From IMG/VR virus record IMGVR_UViG_3300037487_001316, positions 32,001-96,000 of that record: a stretch of DNA of 64,000 bases; one strand, given 5' to 3'. Origin of the DNA: a virus. The notes under the pieces were generated by a model, which saw only the letters and a program-made list of their open reading frames with translations, ran no database searches and was not told where the DNA came from. Made by a program: the position numbers and the translations under genes. This document shows positions 36,430-46,819 of the stretch, piece by piece (positions within the stretch are counted from its first letter, which is position 1; the number at the start of each line of letters is the position of its first letter).

Positions 36430-37491
36430 ATGATCATAGATTCTTTGAAAGATGCGATTCTCGCCAACATAGGACCACTCAAGCAGGCTCCAAAAGGTTG
36501 GAATAAAAGAAATTGTCCCTTATGCCACACGCAAGGCCACGGGCACGATACTCGCCATCGGTTTGGAATACAATTCAATCCACAATCTATAGCAATGAAT
36601 TGCTTTAACTGTGGATTTTCTGCTGGTTATACAGACGGAAAAGAATTATCTAAATCGTTTAAATTCTTCTTAAGTCAATTACATATTGATCACAAATTTA
36701 TTGAACAGATAGAATTTGATATATTCAAACAAAAGAATCAAATTCAAAATGTGAGGGAAGGCGACGAAGATAAGGTTGAGGATAAGGAAAGTAAATACCG
36801 GTCATTATTTCAAAAATGGCATCCTATGGAGTTGCCCGATGATTCGTTCCCCATTATGGAATGGCTCGAAAATGGATTAGCTGATCCTGATTTTCTTCGT
36901 GTGGTAGATTATGCCGTAGATCGGAAGTTATATGATTTAGGCGAATTTTACTGGTCTCCTGTAACATCACATAACATGAATCAGCGAATGATCATCCCTT
37001 ACTATTATAAAGGAAATATAGTAGGTTTTACAGCAAGACTATGCTACGATGTGCCTGACAAAACTATACCAAAATATTATCAGCAAAGTCCAACTGACTT
37101 TGTCTATAACTTGGACCACCAGCAGGGTTGGTCGCGTAAATACGCAATAGTTACAGAAGGCGTATTGGATGCTTATGTGGTAGATGGTATAAGCATATTG
37201 GGCGAGATAGGACAGAGCAAAATAGACATAGTAAATAGATTACAGAAAGATGTCATAGTATGCCCGGACCGAGATAAGAAAGGTTGGGACTTAGTTAATG
37301 TAGCTATAGAAAATGAATGGGCAGTTGCTTTCCCTAAGTGGGATGCTGATATTAAAGATGCAGCAAAGGCAGCAGAGAAATATGGTAGATTATTAACCAC
37401 ACATTCTATTATTTCATCAGCTGTATCGGGCAAAGAAAAAATACAACTAAAATGGCAGATCGAACAGAATGAGCGCCAAAGGAGAATATGA
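36430..37491 (+). CDS. DNA primase (gp61-like)
   Basis: CPLC...CFNCG Zn ribbon, RMIIPY, GFTAR, TOPRIM VTEGVLDA, PDRDKKG, KDAA. Confidence 0.9.
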   Translation: MIIDSLKDAILANIGPLKQAPKGWNKRNCPLCHTQGHGHDTRHRFGIQFNPQSIAMNCFNCGFSAGYTDGKELSKSFKFFLSQLHIDHKFIEQIEFDIFKQKNQIQNVREGDEDKVEDKESKYRSLFQKWHPMELPDDSFPIMEWLENGLADPDFLRVVDYAVDRKLYDLGEFYWSPVTSHNMNQRMIIPYYYKGNIVGFTARLCYDVPDKTIPKYYQQSPTDFVYNLDHQQGWSRKYAIVTEGVLDAYVVDGISILGEIGQSKIDIVNRLQKDVIVCPDRDKKGWDLVNVAIENEWAVAFPKWDADIKDAAKAAEKYGRLLTTHSIISSAVSGKEKIQLKWQIEQNERQRRI

Positions 37492-38930
37492 ACGATAGTA
37501 ACGCAAGCGAAATTAACGACTATAGCAAAGATATTGAGGATTTATTCATTAGCTTTATGATGAGTAACAAGGATTTGTTTGTTCGTTGTAAAGGTATTAT
37601 AAAATCCAACTACTTTGATGATAGGCAGAATCGGGATACGGTTGCATTCATTGAAGGGTATAGCACAGATTTTTCTAAGATACCTTCACTAGAACAAATT
37701 AAAGCAATTACAAAAAAAGACATACTCATTATGGAGACCGATGCCGTTGTGCATGATGGCTGGTTCTTAAGAGAGTTTGAAAAGTTCTGCCAACATAAAG
37801 CATTACGTGATGCGATTTTAGCATCGCCAGAAAGATTGGATGAAGGTAGATATGGAGAGGTATTAGCTGATATTAAGGCAGCAGTTGAAATCGCTCTAGT
37901 TAAGGATTTAGGTCTCGATTACTATGCTGACCCGAAGGCACGATTAGAATCAATGAGAGATAATAAAGGCCAGATATCTACAGGATGGAAATCAATTGAT
38001 TATAAGTTATTCGGTGGATTAAATAGAGGCGAATTAACTATTTTTGCAGGACAATCTGGTGCAGGTAAATCACTATTCTTACAGAATCTTGCAGTAAATT
38101 GGGCCATGGCTGGACTTAATGTAGTCTATCTTTCGCTTGAATTAAGTGAGAAACTGTGTTCGCAGCGTATTGATGCAATGCACACAGGGTATGAAACAAA
38201 AGATGTTATGCGTAATATCGATGATGTGCATATGAAAATACGTGCATCACAACAGAAGAGCCAGGGCTCGATGCGTATTAAACAAATGCCAAATGGTTGC
38301 ACCACGAATGATATTAGGGCATTTATCAAAGAGTATGAAATACATAGCGGCAAGACAGTAGATGCTATTCTGGTAGATTACCTAGATCTTATGTCACCAC
38401 TTAGTAAGAAGATTTCTGCAGAGAATCTGTTCGTTAAGGACAAATATGTGACAGAAGAATTGCGTAATCTAGCAGTGGAATTAAATATGGTAACAGTATC
38501 AGCTTCGCAGTTGAATCGTGGTTCATATGAAGAGATTGAATATGATCCAAGCCATATTGCGGGTGGTATTTCTAAAGTTAATACGGCAGATAATGTTGTA
38601 GGTATTTTTACAAGTGCTGCAATGAAGGAAAGTGGGAGATATCAAATCCAATTCATTAAGACACGTTCGAGTTCTGGCGTAGGATCTAAGGTAGATTTAG
38701 CATTCAACAATAAGAGTCTTAGAATATCCGATCTAGAAGAAGGAGAGGATAATGCAATCATGGCTACCTCAAAAGGTGTTATGGAAGAACTTAAGAAACG
38801 AAGTGTTATAAGATCGGGTGAAAAGATAGATCCTAAGTCCGGCGAGATTACCAAATTTACACAAAATGATTCAAAAGTGAACCCATTAGAGGGTGCAGCA
38901 GCAGTTCGGGCTTTCATCAAGAAAAGGTAA
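37488..38930 (+). CDS. replicative DnaB-like helicase (gp41-like)
   Basis: STGW..ID..L.GG, AGQSGAGKS, SLELSE, VDYLDLM, SASQLNR, KTR. Confidence 0.93.
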   Translation: MNDSNASEINDYSKDIEDLFISFMMSNKDLFVRCKGIIKSNYFDDRQNRDTVAFIEGYSTDFSKIPSLEQIKAITKKDILIMETDAVVHDGWFLREFEKFCQHKALRDAILASPERLDEGRYGEVLADIKAAVEIALVKDLGLDYYADPKARLESMRDNKGQISTGWKSIDYKLFGGLNRGELTIFAGQSGAGKSLFLQNLAVNWAMAGLNVVYLSLELSEKLCSQRIDAMHTGYETKDVMRNIDDVHMKIRASQQKSQGSMRIKQMPNGCTTNDIRAFIKEYEIHSGKTVDAILVDYLDLMSPLSKKISAENLFVKDKYVTEELRNLAVELNMVTVSASQLNRGSYEEIEYDPSHIAGGISKVNTADNVVGIFTSAAMKESGRYQIQFIKTRSSSGVGSKVDLAFNNKSLRISDLEEGEDNAIMATSKGVMEELKKRSVIRSGEKIDPKSGEITKFTQNDSKVNPLEGAAAVRAFIKKR

Positions 38931-38968
38931 AAGCTGATAAATAGTTGAAAGTAATTGGGAGCCTTAAA

Positions 38969-39247
38969 TTGTCTATTAATCGCAGAAGCAGATCTATCTT
39001 AGAAGAAATTAGTTCTTATGTGCCGCAGAAGAGCAAGGAAGAGCTAATTGAGGCACGAGCACAGCATATAATAGTTTCGGCTATAAATTTGTTAGAATCC
39101 ATTGACGAATCATTCTCCCCTGAGGATGCAGAGGCATTAAAGAAACGTTTTGTCTCTAGCATTCGCGGTGCTGATCCTAATCGCTTTACTAGAATGGTAA
39201 AACGTATTAAGACTGGTAGCGAAGAGGATGAAGATTCTAATGGCTGA
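38969..39247 (+). CDS. hypothetical late protein
   Basis: Late promoter at 38936, GGGAG SD, TTG start. Confidence 0.6.
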   Translation: MSINRRSRSILEEISSYVPQKSKEELIEARAQHIIVSAINLLESIDESFSPEDAEALKKRFVSSIRGADPNRFTRMVKRIKTGSEEDEDSNG

Positions 39248-40736
39248 TACAAAACGTCTTACTAGAGATTGGATTCAATTTTTAAAGAGCAACCAGATTG
39301 TTGCTTTAAATTCGGATCCTACTACAGGTAAACTTGCCTATAAGAAAAAGGTAACGGCTGATGATTTATCTCGTTTCTTAGAAACTAAGACTGACTTCGA
39401 CGAAGAGACAATTAATAACGCAATTCAAACGGTGCTTTCTAAGAAAGGCACACCTAGATTACCGGATAAGACAGATGAGCCAAAGCCGGGCAAGGCCCCA
39501 ACACCAAATCCACCGGCACCCGGTACACCACCTAAGTCCGGTGAACCTCCAACACCTGGCACACCTCAATCAAAGAAATATAATACAGATGATGCCACAG
39601 ATGTAGAAGTAAAATCACCCCGTCCGGGTTTACCTGCTCCACAGCCTAAAGAAGATCCTGCAAAAACTGCAAATAAACAGGAAATGATGCAGTTAACCAA
39701 AGGTCAAGGCCTTACAAGAAACGATGATGGCACTTTAGGGGTAACTATAGATGATCCCGAAGATCCTTCAGGTAATACCAGTCTAAATTTAACATATGAT
39801 GACAATTACAACATTGTAGGTAAGAAGAAATATAGAAATGTGCCCGATGAGGATACACCTACTACATCTCACCGTCAACACACAGGTGGTAAACTGGCCG
39901 GCCAGCAAAGTCAGACAAGAAACGCAATCAATAAACGTAATGCAAGAACAAAGCCGGGTGATCAAATGCAGCTGGTTGAAGAATTTACAGATAAACCAAT
40001 TGAGTTAGAAGAGAAGGATGTAGAAGATGTATTTGCATTACTATATCCTACAGAAGCCCCCGAAGATAAAAAACAGGCCGATCTTGATAAACTAAAGGAC
40101 TTGGTTAAGACAAAAATGTCAGCTAGTCAGCGTAAAGAGCTATGGAGGGCATTAAACGAATCTGTATTATTTGAAGAATATGTAGATAAGGATGATGTTA
40201 GGGAACTGTTCAAATACGCGACAAAATTAAAAGGCAATAAGATCGATATTGAGGATCTCCGCCTAGCATGGAAAAAGGCAGGGTATCCCAGCGATACCAA
40301 CGATATTGCTGCTATATTACAGAGAGCTGGTTTTGGTAATAATGAAATAGATCGCGTATTTAATGAAGTATTGGGCGAATATAAAGACGAAGGTGATGAC
40401 GAAGAATATGTAGATGATGAAGAAGATACACCGCCCAGTCCGGCTATTATTAAGATAGCCGAATATGTAAAGAAGAATGGCATTAAAGACGAATTAGTTG
40501 CGTTCTTACAAAAGGAATTCGGCAAAGAATTAAGCGAACCAGAAGAACCTGCACCCGAACCTAAGAAAAGTATGTTTGATCGTGCCAAAGAATTTGGTAA
40601 GAAAATGTTCAGTAGAAAAGCAACAACAGAAGAAGTGAGACAAATTTTTACAAATATACTCAAAGAAGAAAGAACTATGCTGTCAGCTCGTATTAAAGAA
40701 CAAGAGCAGAGATTATTAGGTAGAAGTAGAAAGTAG
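39240..40736 (+). CDS. Pro-rich/acidic putative head-internal protein
   Basis: PTPNPPAPGTPP linker; LVE, LNE, LFE and TTE sites. Confidence 0.65.
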   Translation: MADTKRLTRDWIQFLKSNQIVALNSDPTTGKLAYKKKVTADDLSRFLETKTDFDEETINNAIQTVLSKKGTPRLPDKTDEPKPGKAPTPNPPAPGTPPKSGEPPTPGTPQSKKYNTDDATDVEVKSPRPGLPAPQPKEDPAKTANKQEMMQLTKGQGLTRNDDGTLGVTIDDPEDPSGNTSLNLTYDDNYNIVGKKKYRNVPDEDTPTTSHRQHTGGKLAGQQSQTRNAINKRNARTKPGDQMQLVEEFTDKPIELEEKDVEDVFALLYPTEAPEDKKQADLDKLKDLVKTKMSASQRKELWRALNESVLFEEYVDKDDVRELFKYATKLKGNKIDIEDLRLAWKKAGYPSDTNDIAAILQRAGFGNNEIDRVFNEVLGEYKDEGDDEEYVDDEEDTPPSPAIIKIAEYVKKNGIKDELVAFLQKEFGKELSEPEEPAPEPKKSMFDRAKEFGKKMFSRKATTEEVRQIFTNILKEERTMLSARIKEQEQRLLGRSRK

Positions 40737-40755
40737 TATTAGATAAATATAGAAT

Positions 40756-40977
40756 ATGAGATTAGATGAAATTGTAACATTAAATGATGTGCTGAAAGCA
40801 AATCAGTATATTAAACTTCTACGAAGTTTAAAAGCACACGCTAAAAATGATATTAACATAACTCGTATTAAGAACCGCGTAATTCATTCGTGGAAAAAAG
40901 GAATGAAACATCGTAAGCATTATGATGATCTTCTATCACAAATTAACTTAAATCTTAATAAGTTAATCGAAGATTGA
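40756..40977 (+). CDS. small basic late protein
   Basis: MRLDEI start 6 nt after GATAAATA (40742-40749). Confidence 0.6.
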   Translation: MRLDEIVTLNDVLKANQYIKLLRSLKAHAKNDINITRIKNRVIHSWKKGMKHRKHYDDLLSQINLNLNKLIED

Positions 40978-41051
40978 ACGTTATTTTCGCCTAGATGATA
41001 AATAAGTTTATGAATAGGATTATCCTATCAAAAAATTAAGGAGTTATTATT

Positions 41052-41645
41052 ATGACACAAAAAATTAACGGCGCCGCATACTCTGGTATCTGGGTAGAAA
41101 AACAAGTAGCCTTCATCAAGCTTACATTCAACCACAGTTTGTTGGCTATTCCTGCCGCTAGTATGTTTTTAACTGGTACAGCAACAGCAACAACAACAAC
41201 ATCCGAAGGTGACACTTCTTTTGGTGTAGTTGAGTCTGCAGTAGTGCAAGCTTTGAAGAACTTAGAATTGAAGGCAACAGTATTGGGTATTTCTGCTCTA
41301 AGCGCAGCAGGTACAGTTGTTGACGTGATGGTTGGATGTTCGGAAGGTTACTTCTCGGACAACGTTGGTGTTATTTCTACTGGTAATACAGTGGTTGGCG
41401 CTAAGGCAATTATCACAACAGCAGGCGGCAATACAGTGCTTGGACAACTTGTTGATGTTAGCGATTCGTATTTAACATTTAGCATGTCATTTGCAGCATT
41501 CGATGGTACAATGCCAGTTGCTACATTAGCTCATGGTGATCTAGAAACAGGCGTAGGTTCTACACCAGGTTCTACAGCTACACCAAACGGTGCCCCAATC
41601 GGCTCTGCAAACAGCTATCAGCCAGTCGCACTTATTACAGCTTAA
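41052..41645 (+). CDS. putative virion (capsid decoration-like) protein
   Basis: Late promoter, AGGAG SD, own terminator, Ala/Thr/Gly rich; MTQKINGAA resembles MVQRIHGAA of ORF 43569. Confidence 0.65.
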   Translation: MTQKINGAAYSGIWVEKQVAFIKLTFNHSLLAIPAASMFLTGTATATTTTSEGDTSFGVVESAVVQALKNLELKATVLGISALSAAGTVVDVMVGCSEGYFSDNVGVISTGNTVVGAKAIITTAGGNTVLGQLVDVSDSYLTFSMSFAAFDGTMPVATLAHGDLETGVGSTPGSTATPNGAPIGSANSYQPVALITA

Positions 41646-41661
41646 TTGTTGTATTAAAAAA

Positions 41662-41690
41662 GAAGAGCAGCTTTCGAGCTGCTTTTTTTT
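41662..41690 (+). terminator. intrinsic terminator
   Basis: AGCAGCT-TTCG-AGCTGCT followed by a T run. Confidence 0.9.
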
Positions 41691-41739
41691 GACATAAATT
41701 TCTAAACTTGATAAATAATGTAAATGATAAGGAACAGTA

Positions 41740-42075
41740 ATGTCTACACCCCCACCAGTGCCGCTAGGATATACAAGCTGGAATGTTTACATCGAAGAAC
41801 AAGCAGATGAATCGCCAGACCAGAGTATAGAAGCTCGTAGGCTTATTAAGCGTAATATTAAACTTGAGCAGATCGCTCAAGAAATACGTCAGGCCGGTGG
41901 TGATACAAGCAGCCCTAGTTATCGACCTTATAACATATATGAAACACCAGGCACATTTAGCCCAGCAGAAGGGCATCCTTGGTTGTTGACACCTACCTAT
42001 CCACAGGCTCATATTACTGATCAATTAGGTAATAATTTAATCACTGAGTCTGGTGATATATTAATTACGGAGTAA
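41740..42075 (+). CDS. putative virion protein
   Basis: Late promoter at 41710; GHPW; C-terminal ITDQLGNNLITESGDILITE repeat. Confidence 0.65.
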   Translation: MSTPPPVPLGYTSWNVYIEEQADESPDQSIEARRLIKRNIKLEQIAQEIRQAGGDTSSPSYRPYNIYETPGTFSPAEGHPWLLTPTYPQAHITDQLGNNLITESGDILITE

Positions 42076-42078
42076 GAT

Positions 42079-43506
42079 ATGCCAGATGTAAAAATTTCAG
42101 AATTACCACCATTAGCAATATTGACAGCAGGTTCTTTATTGCCTGTTGTCAATGCAGGTGATACCTATAATGTGACAGGAACAGTGCTTAATGATTTTAT
42201 ATTAGGCGATCTTGTTGTAATAGATGATCAGATAACACTTAACGGTGTTTCAGTGAATGTAGGTATCACAGATATTATATATGCTGATTTATATGCTCTA
42301 TGGTCAGGTGGCACATTGCAGGCAGGCAGATTTTATAGGATTACTGATTTTAGATCAATATATGATCAGCCAGATTATTCTGCTCCATATACACCAAAGG
42401 CGCCAGCAGATATAACCAACCCGGTTAGACCAGTTGAACCATTAGTGGTATTAGCTACAAGCACCTCGTCGTTGGGAAATCAGGCTTGGTCTGCTCAATA
42501 TCCCGAAGATTACATTCAATATAACATTGCGTTTACTCAAACTGAATACAAAGGTACACCTGCAAAAGGTCGTATTGTTTTGCGAGTCGATGATGCCTAT
42601 AATCAAGGACCATATGATATTCGCAACGTTGTATTTAGACGGTATCAGGATGCAGGCGGTTTTTATACAATCGTATACGATAATGCGACTGTACCTAAAA
42701 CAGATATTCCGACATTCGGTGCAGAGTGTGAAAATATTAGAATGGCGCAGCATGATTCAGATGAAGTTGGTATAGATGATCCTCCTTTCTATGCTACAAA
42801 CAATATTTTTGGTGATTATTGCGAATCAACCACTACGTTAGGTGACTTTTATAATAATACAATTGGTACATTTGATCCGGTAGGCGCATATGGTGGAGCA
42901 TGGATGTACGGTGTATCATTTGGTCATAATTGCCACGATAATAGAATTGGCGATGCCTTTACTAATAATATGATAGCCAACGAGTTTAGTAATAATGTTA
43001 TTGGCAATGATTTCAATAATAATACCATCGGAAACGGTTTTTCAAACAATATCATCGGAAATTCCTTTATGTGTAATACTGTTGGTGGTGCACCATCCGG
43101 GAATGGTTTCTTTTCTAATACAATAGGTGATGGATGCATGTATAACAACGTTGGTGCAGACTTTACCAACCCGGGTATTACTATAGGTGCCAATTTCTCA
43201 AATAACATGATTGGCCCACATTTCCGCAACAATGTAGCAATTGGGGTAGATTTCACCAACAATAATATCAGTGGCTTCTTCGAAGGTAATACTGTTGGAG
43301 CAGGTTTCACAATGAACGAAATAAAGTGTGCCGTTAGCGGAAAAGATCTTAACACAGTTCCTATTAGCTTCTTAGGTATTACTGTAGAATATATTATGAC
43401 AGGGAACGGATCTACATTGCCTCCAACGATTGGGCAAATATATGCTGGATATTTCAACGACAGTGCCGTACCAGGCCCGTTCGGTTGGATATACACTGGC
43501 GTATAA
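42079..43506 (+). CDS. tail fibre/spike-like protein with beta-helix repeats
   Basis: DVKISELP N-terminal motif, YRITDF, tandem F.NN.IG repeats. Confidence 0.75.
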   Translation: MPDVKISELPPLAILTAGSLLPVVNAGDTYNVTGTVLNDFILGDLVVIDDQITLNGVSVNVGITDIIYADLYALWSGGTLQAGRFYRITDFRSIYDQPDYSAPYTPKAPADITNPVRPVEPLVVLATSTSSLGNQAWSAQYPEDYIQYNIAFTQTEYKGTPAKGRIVLRVDDAYNQGPYDIRNVVFRRYQDAGGFYTIVYDNATVPKTDIPTFGAECENIRMAQHDSDEVGIDDPPFYATNNIFGDYCESTTTLGDFYNNTIGTFDPVGAYGGAWMYGVSFGHNCHDNRIGDAFTNNMIANEFSNNVIGNDFNNNTIGNGFSNNIIGNSFMCNTVGGAPSGNGFFSNTIGDGCMYNNVGADFTNPGITIGANFSNNMIGPHFRNNVAIGVDFTNNNISGFFEGNTVGAGFTMNEIKCAVSGKDLNTVPISFLGITVEYIMTGNGSTLPPTIGQIYAGYFNDSAVPGPFGWIYTGV

Positions 43507-43568
43507 GATCCACCAGATTGGATCTGTAATATAATAAAACCCTGCTAAATAACAGATAAGGATAAGAA

Positions 43569-44069
43569 ATGGTACAAAGAATACACGGCGCAGCAACAGC
43601 AATGCAGAATCTTACAGCGGATCTAGCATTCTATGTCTGCTATGCGTCTTCTCCAGGGGCATTTACAAATCCTAATCCTAATCCACCACCTGCCGAAGAA
43701 TTAGCACGATTAGTTAATATTCAAGTTACAGGTAGTCCTTTAGATCAGAGCCAAAAGAATTTCGAAGTATTTTTAATGAGTATTGGTTTAAGAGCTATGC
43801 CAGTTGTTTTATCAGATCCAGCGGCAGTATTACAATTAGCAGATTATACATTAGAACTCTCCGGTGAAGGTTTTATTTGGAAATTTGCGGTTGAGAGAGG
43901 TGTTCAATTCTTTAATTTTACACCATATGGAACACCCGGCCCAGTCGGCCTATTAGTAGATGACCTTAACGGGGTTATTTTACCTAGTGGTGTTAGAATT
44001 ACTACAGTCACAGGTAGTCCAAGCGGTTGGGCTAAGAATGTTGCTTTCGCAAGGATGGATACAATATGA
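43569..44069 (+). CDS. putative virion protein
   Basis: CTAAATA promoter variant; QSQKNFE, WKFAVE. Confidence 0.65.
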   Translation: MVQRIHGAATAMQNLTADLAFYVCYASSPGAFTNPNPNPPPAEELARLVNIQVTGSPLDQSQKNFEVFLMSIGLRAMPVVLSDPAAVLQLADYTLELSGEGFIWKFAVERGVQFFNFTPYGTPGPVGLLVDDLNGVILPSGVRITTVTGSPSGWAKNVAFARMDTI

Positions 44070-44719
44070 TTAAGAATGATAGAGTTATTAGTTCACTTAT
44101 ACACGGTGACGCAGTTGAAAAACTTATTAAAGAAAATAACATTGACATTACAGAAGCACGAGCAATGATTTCAGAAATGTCATTCAAAGATTATTGTTCT
44201 TTAGATGAAGCGAGTGCTGATATTCTACCTCCATCGGGTAAACCATTATCGCCTACAGGCCCGGGTGGTGCACCTCCTGCTGCCACTACACCAGGACAAC
44301 AAAGTCAGCCAGCTGCAACTGCTCCAACACCAGTAAAACCAGCCGCCGATCCGCGTGGTGTTCAAGTTAAGAATCCGCAGACAGGCAAAATGGAGTGGAT
44401 GAAACCTTCTGTTGACCAGAATGGAAAACCTGTAGTCGAAGATAAAGAATTAGCAAGAATGAAACAATTAGCAGGAATATCCGAAGACGGTAGTGGAGGC
44501 GCATCTTGTGCGGGTGGTATAGCAATCGCGCCAACATCGCTCGGAATGAAGAAGCGTAATTCAGTTGAAGAAAGTCCTTCATTAGAACATCCTGTTGCAG
44601 GCCGTAAAACTATACAAGGTGCTACAGCAGAAAAGAAACCAAGCGGTAAATTGTCTGCTAACCTTGCGGCCCGTAATATACCTACAGCGAGTAGAATAAA
44701 TAACGGCTTTAAGAAATAA
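44066..44719 (+). CDS. putative head-internal protein
   Basis: ELARMKQLAGISED, GGASCAGGIA, LDE/VVE/VEE sites. Confidence 0.65.
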   Translation: MIKNDRVISSLIHGDAVEKLIKENNIDITEARAMISEMSFKDYCSLDEASADILPPSGKPLSPTGPGGAPPAATTPGQQSQPAATAPTPVKPAADPRGVQVKNPQTGKMEWMKPSVDQNGKPVVEDKELARMKQLAGISEDGSGGASCAGGIAIAPTSLGMKKRNSVEESPSLEHPVAGRKTIQGATAEKKPSGKLSANLAARNIPTASRINNGFKK

Positions 44720-44720
44720 T

Positions 44721-45170
44721 ATGGATAAATCTGCCTTACTTGATAAATTAGACAGGGCAACTTCTCGTGGTGCCCAACTTGCTATTAGTAATGGATATCC
44801 TATTCCACTATCTAAGAAATCTACCTTAATAGGTAATACTTTCGTAGAGAAAAATCCAAACGGTCTTTATAACATATTAACACCTAATAGAACACCTATA
44901 TATGAAAATATATCTGTATTTGATATAGCGGTAATTATTGCTCAGAGATATAATACGGGTGAATTAGGCACTATAAAAAAAGTATTATTGTTAGAAGAAA
45001 GATTTACAAAGTATCATTATGATATGATACATTATTTGAATTGCTTAAAAGGTGCCAGGAAGAAGCACGACATAGAGCGTATGGCAATTTTAGAAGACAA
45101 ATTTCAAGTAGCCGAAACTCTTGCCAAAAGTGCAAGGGATAGTATCTCTATTTTCAAGAGAGTAAAATAG
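44721..45170 (+). CDS. hypothetical protein
   Basis: ORF in operon. Confidence 0.65.
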   Translation: MDKSALLDKLDRATSRGAQLAISNGYPIPLSKKSTLIGNTFVEKNPNGLYNILTPNRTPIYENISVFDIAVIIAQRYNTGELGTIKKVLLLEERFTKYHYDMIHYLNCLKGARKKHDIERMAILEDKFQVAETLAKSARDSISIFKRVK

Positions 45171-45219
45171 TAACTAGAATGATAAATACTAGAAATAACA
45201 CTTAACAGGAACGGTTTAT

Positions 45220-46482
45220 ATGCTTTTACACGATATTGGTAAATCACCAGATGCCACATTTAGAAGGATAAATCAACACCTTGAAACTAATTACGGGTTT
45301 AAAATCTCTGAAGATGTTAGTGATAAAGACTTAGTTGCTATCATGGAACAGATTGAAGAAGAAATTACTGATTTGAAAGTTAAGGGAGATGATGCTAGAG
45401 GTTCTTCGGAAATTTCGAAGAGATTGCTAGTTTTAGAAGGTATTAGAAATCTTAGAGAATTTGCTATCACACAATTCAAGTCGCCAAAACTTGACAGCGT
45501 GGTTAATAACTTAGTTGATTATGTAGTTGATACATTTGAAATAACAGGTAAAGATTCGATAGATTATGAACGGGCGGTAGAAAGAGCAATGGATGAATAT
45601 CGCTCGAGTAGATATCGTTTCCCGGATGATTTTATTGAGCAACGTGTTAGACAAGAATCTATGGCACGTATTCAATCAGAATCGGCATTATCTGATCCAC
45701 ACGGTATGTCAGTAGAAGCCCCATCCCCGATGATGATGGAAGAAACCGATAGCGAAGTAGCTGAAGAAGATAGTGAAATGAGTGGCACAGAATTAAGTGA
45801 AGACGACGAAGAACAAGTATCAATGATCCGTGATAAGAACGGTAATATGGTACCGGACCCATTTGCTGCACAAGCAGCCGCAAGAAGAAAAGGAACAGCA
45901 ATGAAAGAACATGCAAATTTAGTAAAGAACCTACGCCGCCTTCTAGAAACAGAAGTTAGTCAGGCCGAAGTTATGATGGCAGCTAAGGGCTTTGCTCAAG
46001 AGTTGCAAGAAATGGTAGAAAAGATCGGTCGTTTACAAAATGAAGATCTTCCACCTGTAACAGATCAAATGCGCGAGACATACGGTATGGAATCAGCTTC
46101 TGCTTTCCAGACACAGATTTATGGAGCATTACAGAGTGTTATGGATGCACTTTATACCGCTAAGAGTCAAGTTGATGATGCAGTGGGTAATATGGCTGCT
46201 ACCGGCCAAGTTAGTGCCGAAACTGATATGGATAAAGATATCGGAATGGACGATGGCATGGGCGACATGGGTGATGAAATGCCGATGGATGATGAATTTG
46301 CAGATGATGATTTAGATAACATTGGTGCAGATTTAGAAGCTGAACCAGAAGACGAATTCGGCGGCGAAGAAGCACTCGGCCGTTCTAAGAAAATGGAATC
46401 TGTTGCAACATTGCAACGTAAAATTACAGAAATGAAGAAGCTTGTTGCTAAAGCAAAGAAGCTTAAAGAAGCCAAGAAGTAA
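45220..46482 (+). CDS. prohead core/scaffold-like protein
   Basis: Acidic coiled coil; LLETEVSQAEV.MAAK, LGRSKKMES; late promoter at 45181. Confidence 0.65.
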   Translation: MLLHDIGKSPDATFRRINQHLETNYGFKISEDVSDKDLVAIMEQIEEEITDLKVKGDDARGSSEISKRLLVLEGIRNLREFAITQFKSPKLDSVVNNLVDYVVDTFEITGKDSIDYERAVERAMDEYRSSRYRFPDDFIEQRVRQESMARIQSESALSDPHGMSVEAPSPMMMEETDSEVAEEDSEMSGTELSEDDEEQVSMIRDKNGNMVPDPFAAQAAARRKGTAMKEHANLVKNLRRLLETEVSQAEVMMAAKGFAQELQEMVEKIGRLQNEDLPPVTDQMRETYGMESASAFQTQIYGALQSVMDALYTAKSQVDDAVGNMAATGQVSAETDMDKDIGMDDGMGDMGDEMPMDDEFADDDLDNIGADLEAEPEDEFGGEEALGRSKKMESVATLQRKITEMKKLVAKAKKLKEAKK

Positions 46483-46486
46483 TTGA

Positions 46487-46807
46487 ATGAGAGCAAGAGA
46501 AATACTCCAGGAAGATTATAATCAGAGTCTGGAATCAGATCTTACTAATCTTCTAATAGGTGCCAAAGGTTCTGGGTCACAAGAAATCAATACACGAGAT
46601 CTTGTAACACAACTTCGTGGCATGGGTTATGCGGTTGACGAAAATAGTCTAATGCTTTTGCTAAGTCGTAATCCAGCAGTTCTTAATGCTACCCCGACAC
46701 TAGTTCGTATGACTGGTGCCGAAGGGGCAGAGCAAGGTGGTGGTGATCCTGCACAAGATACAGCCGCTCGTGTCGGCGATATGGCGCAGAAGGCCACAAA
46801 GATCTAA
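46487..46807 (+). CDS. putative head protein with CTS-like N-terminus
   Basis: MRAREILQE start. Confidence 0.6.
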   Translation: MRAREILQEDYNQSLESDLTNLLIGAKGSGSQEINTRDLVTQLRGMGYAVDENSLMLLLSRNPAVLNATPTLVRMTGAEGAEQGGGDPAQDTAARVGDMAQKATKI

Positions 46808-46819
46808 TAAGGTAACAAA

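Noticed and set aside
42900-43330. Asn-rich AAT/AAC periodicity as a DNA repeat element
   Set aside because: Explained by degenerate F.NN.IG protein repeats with variable codons.
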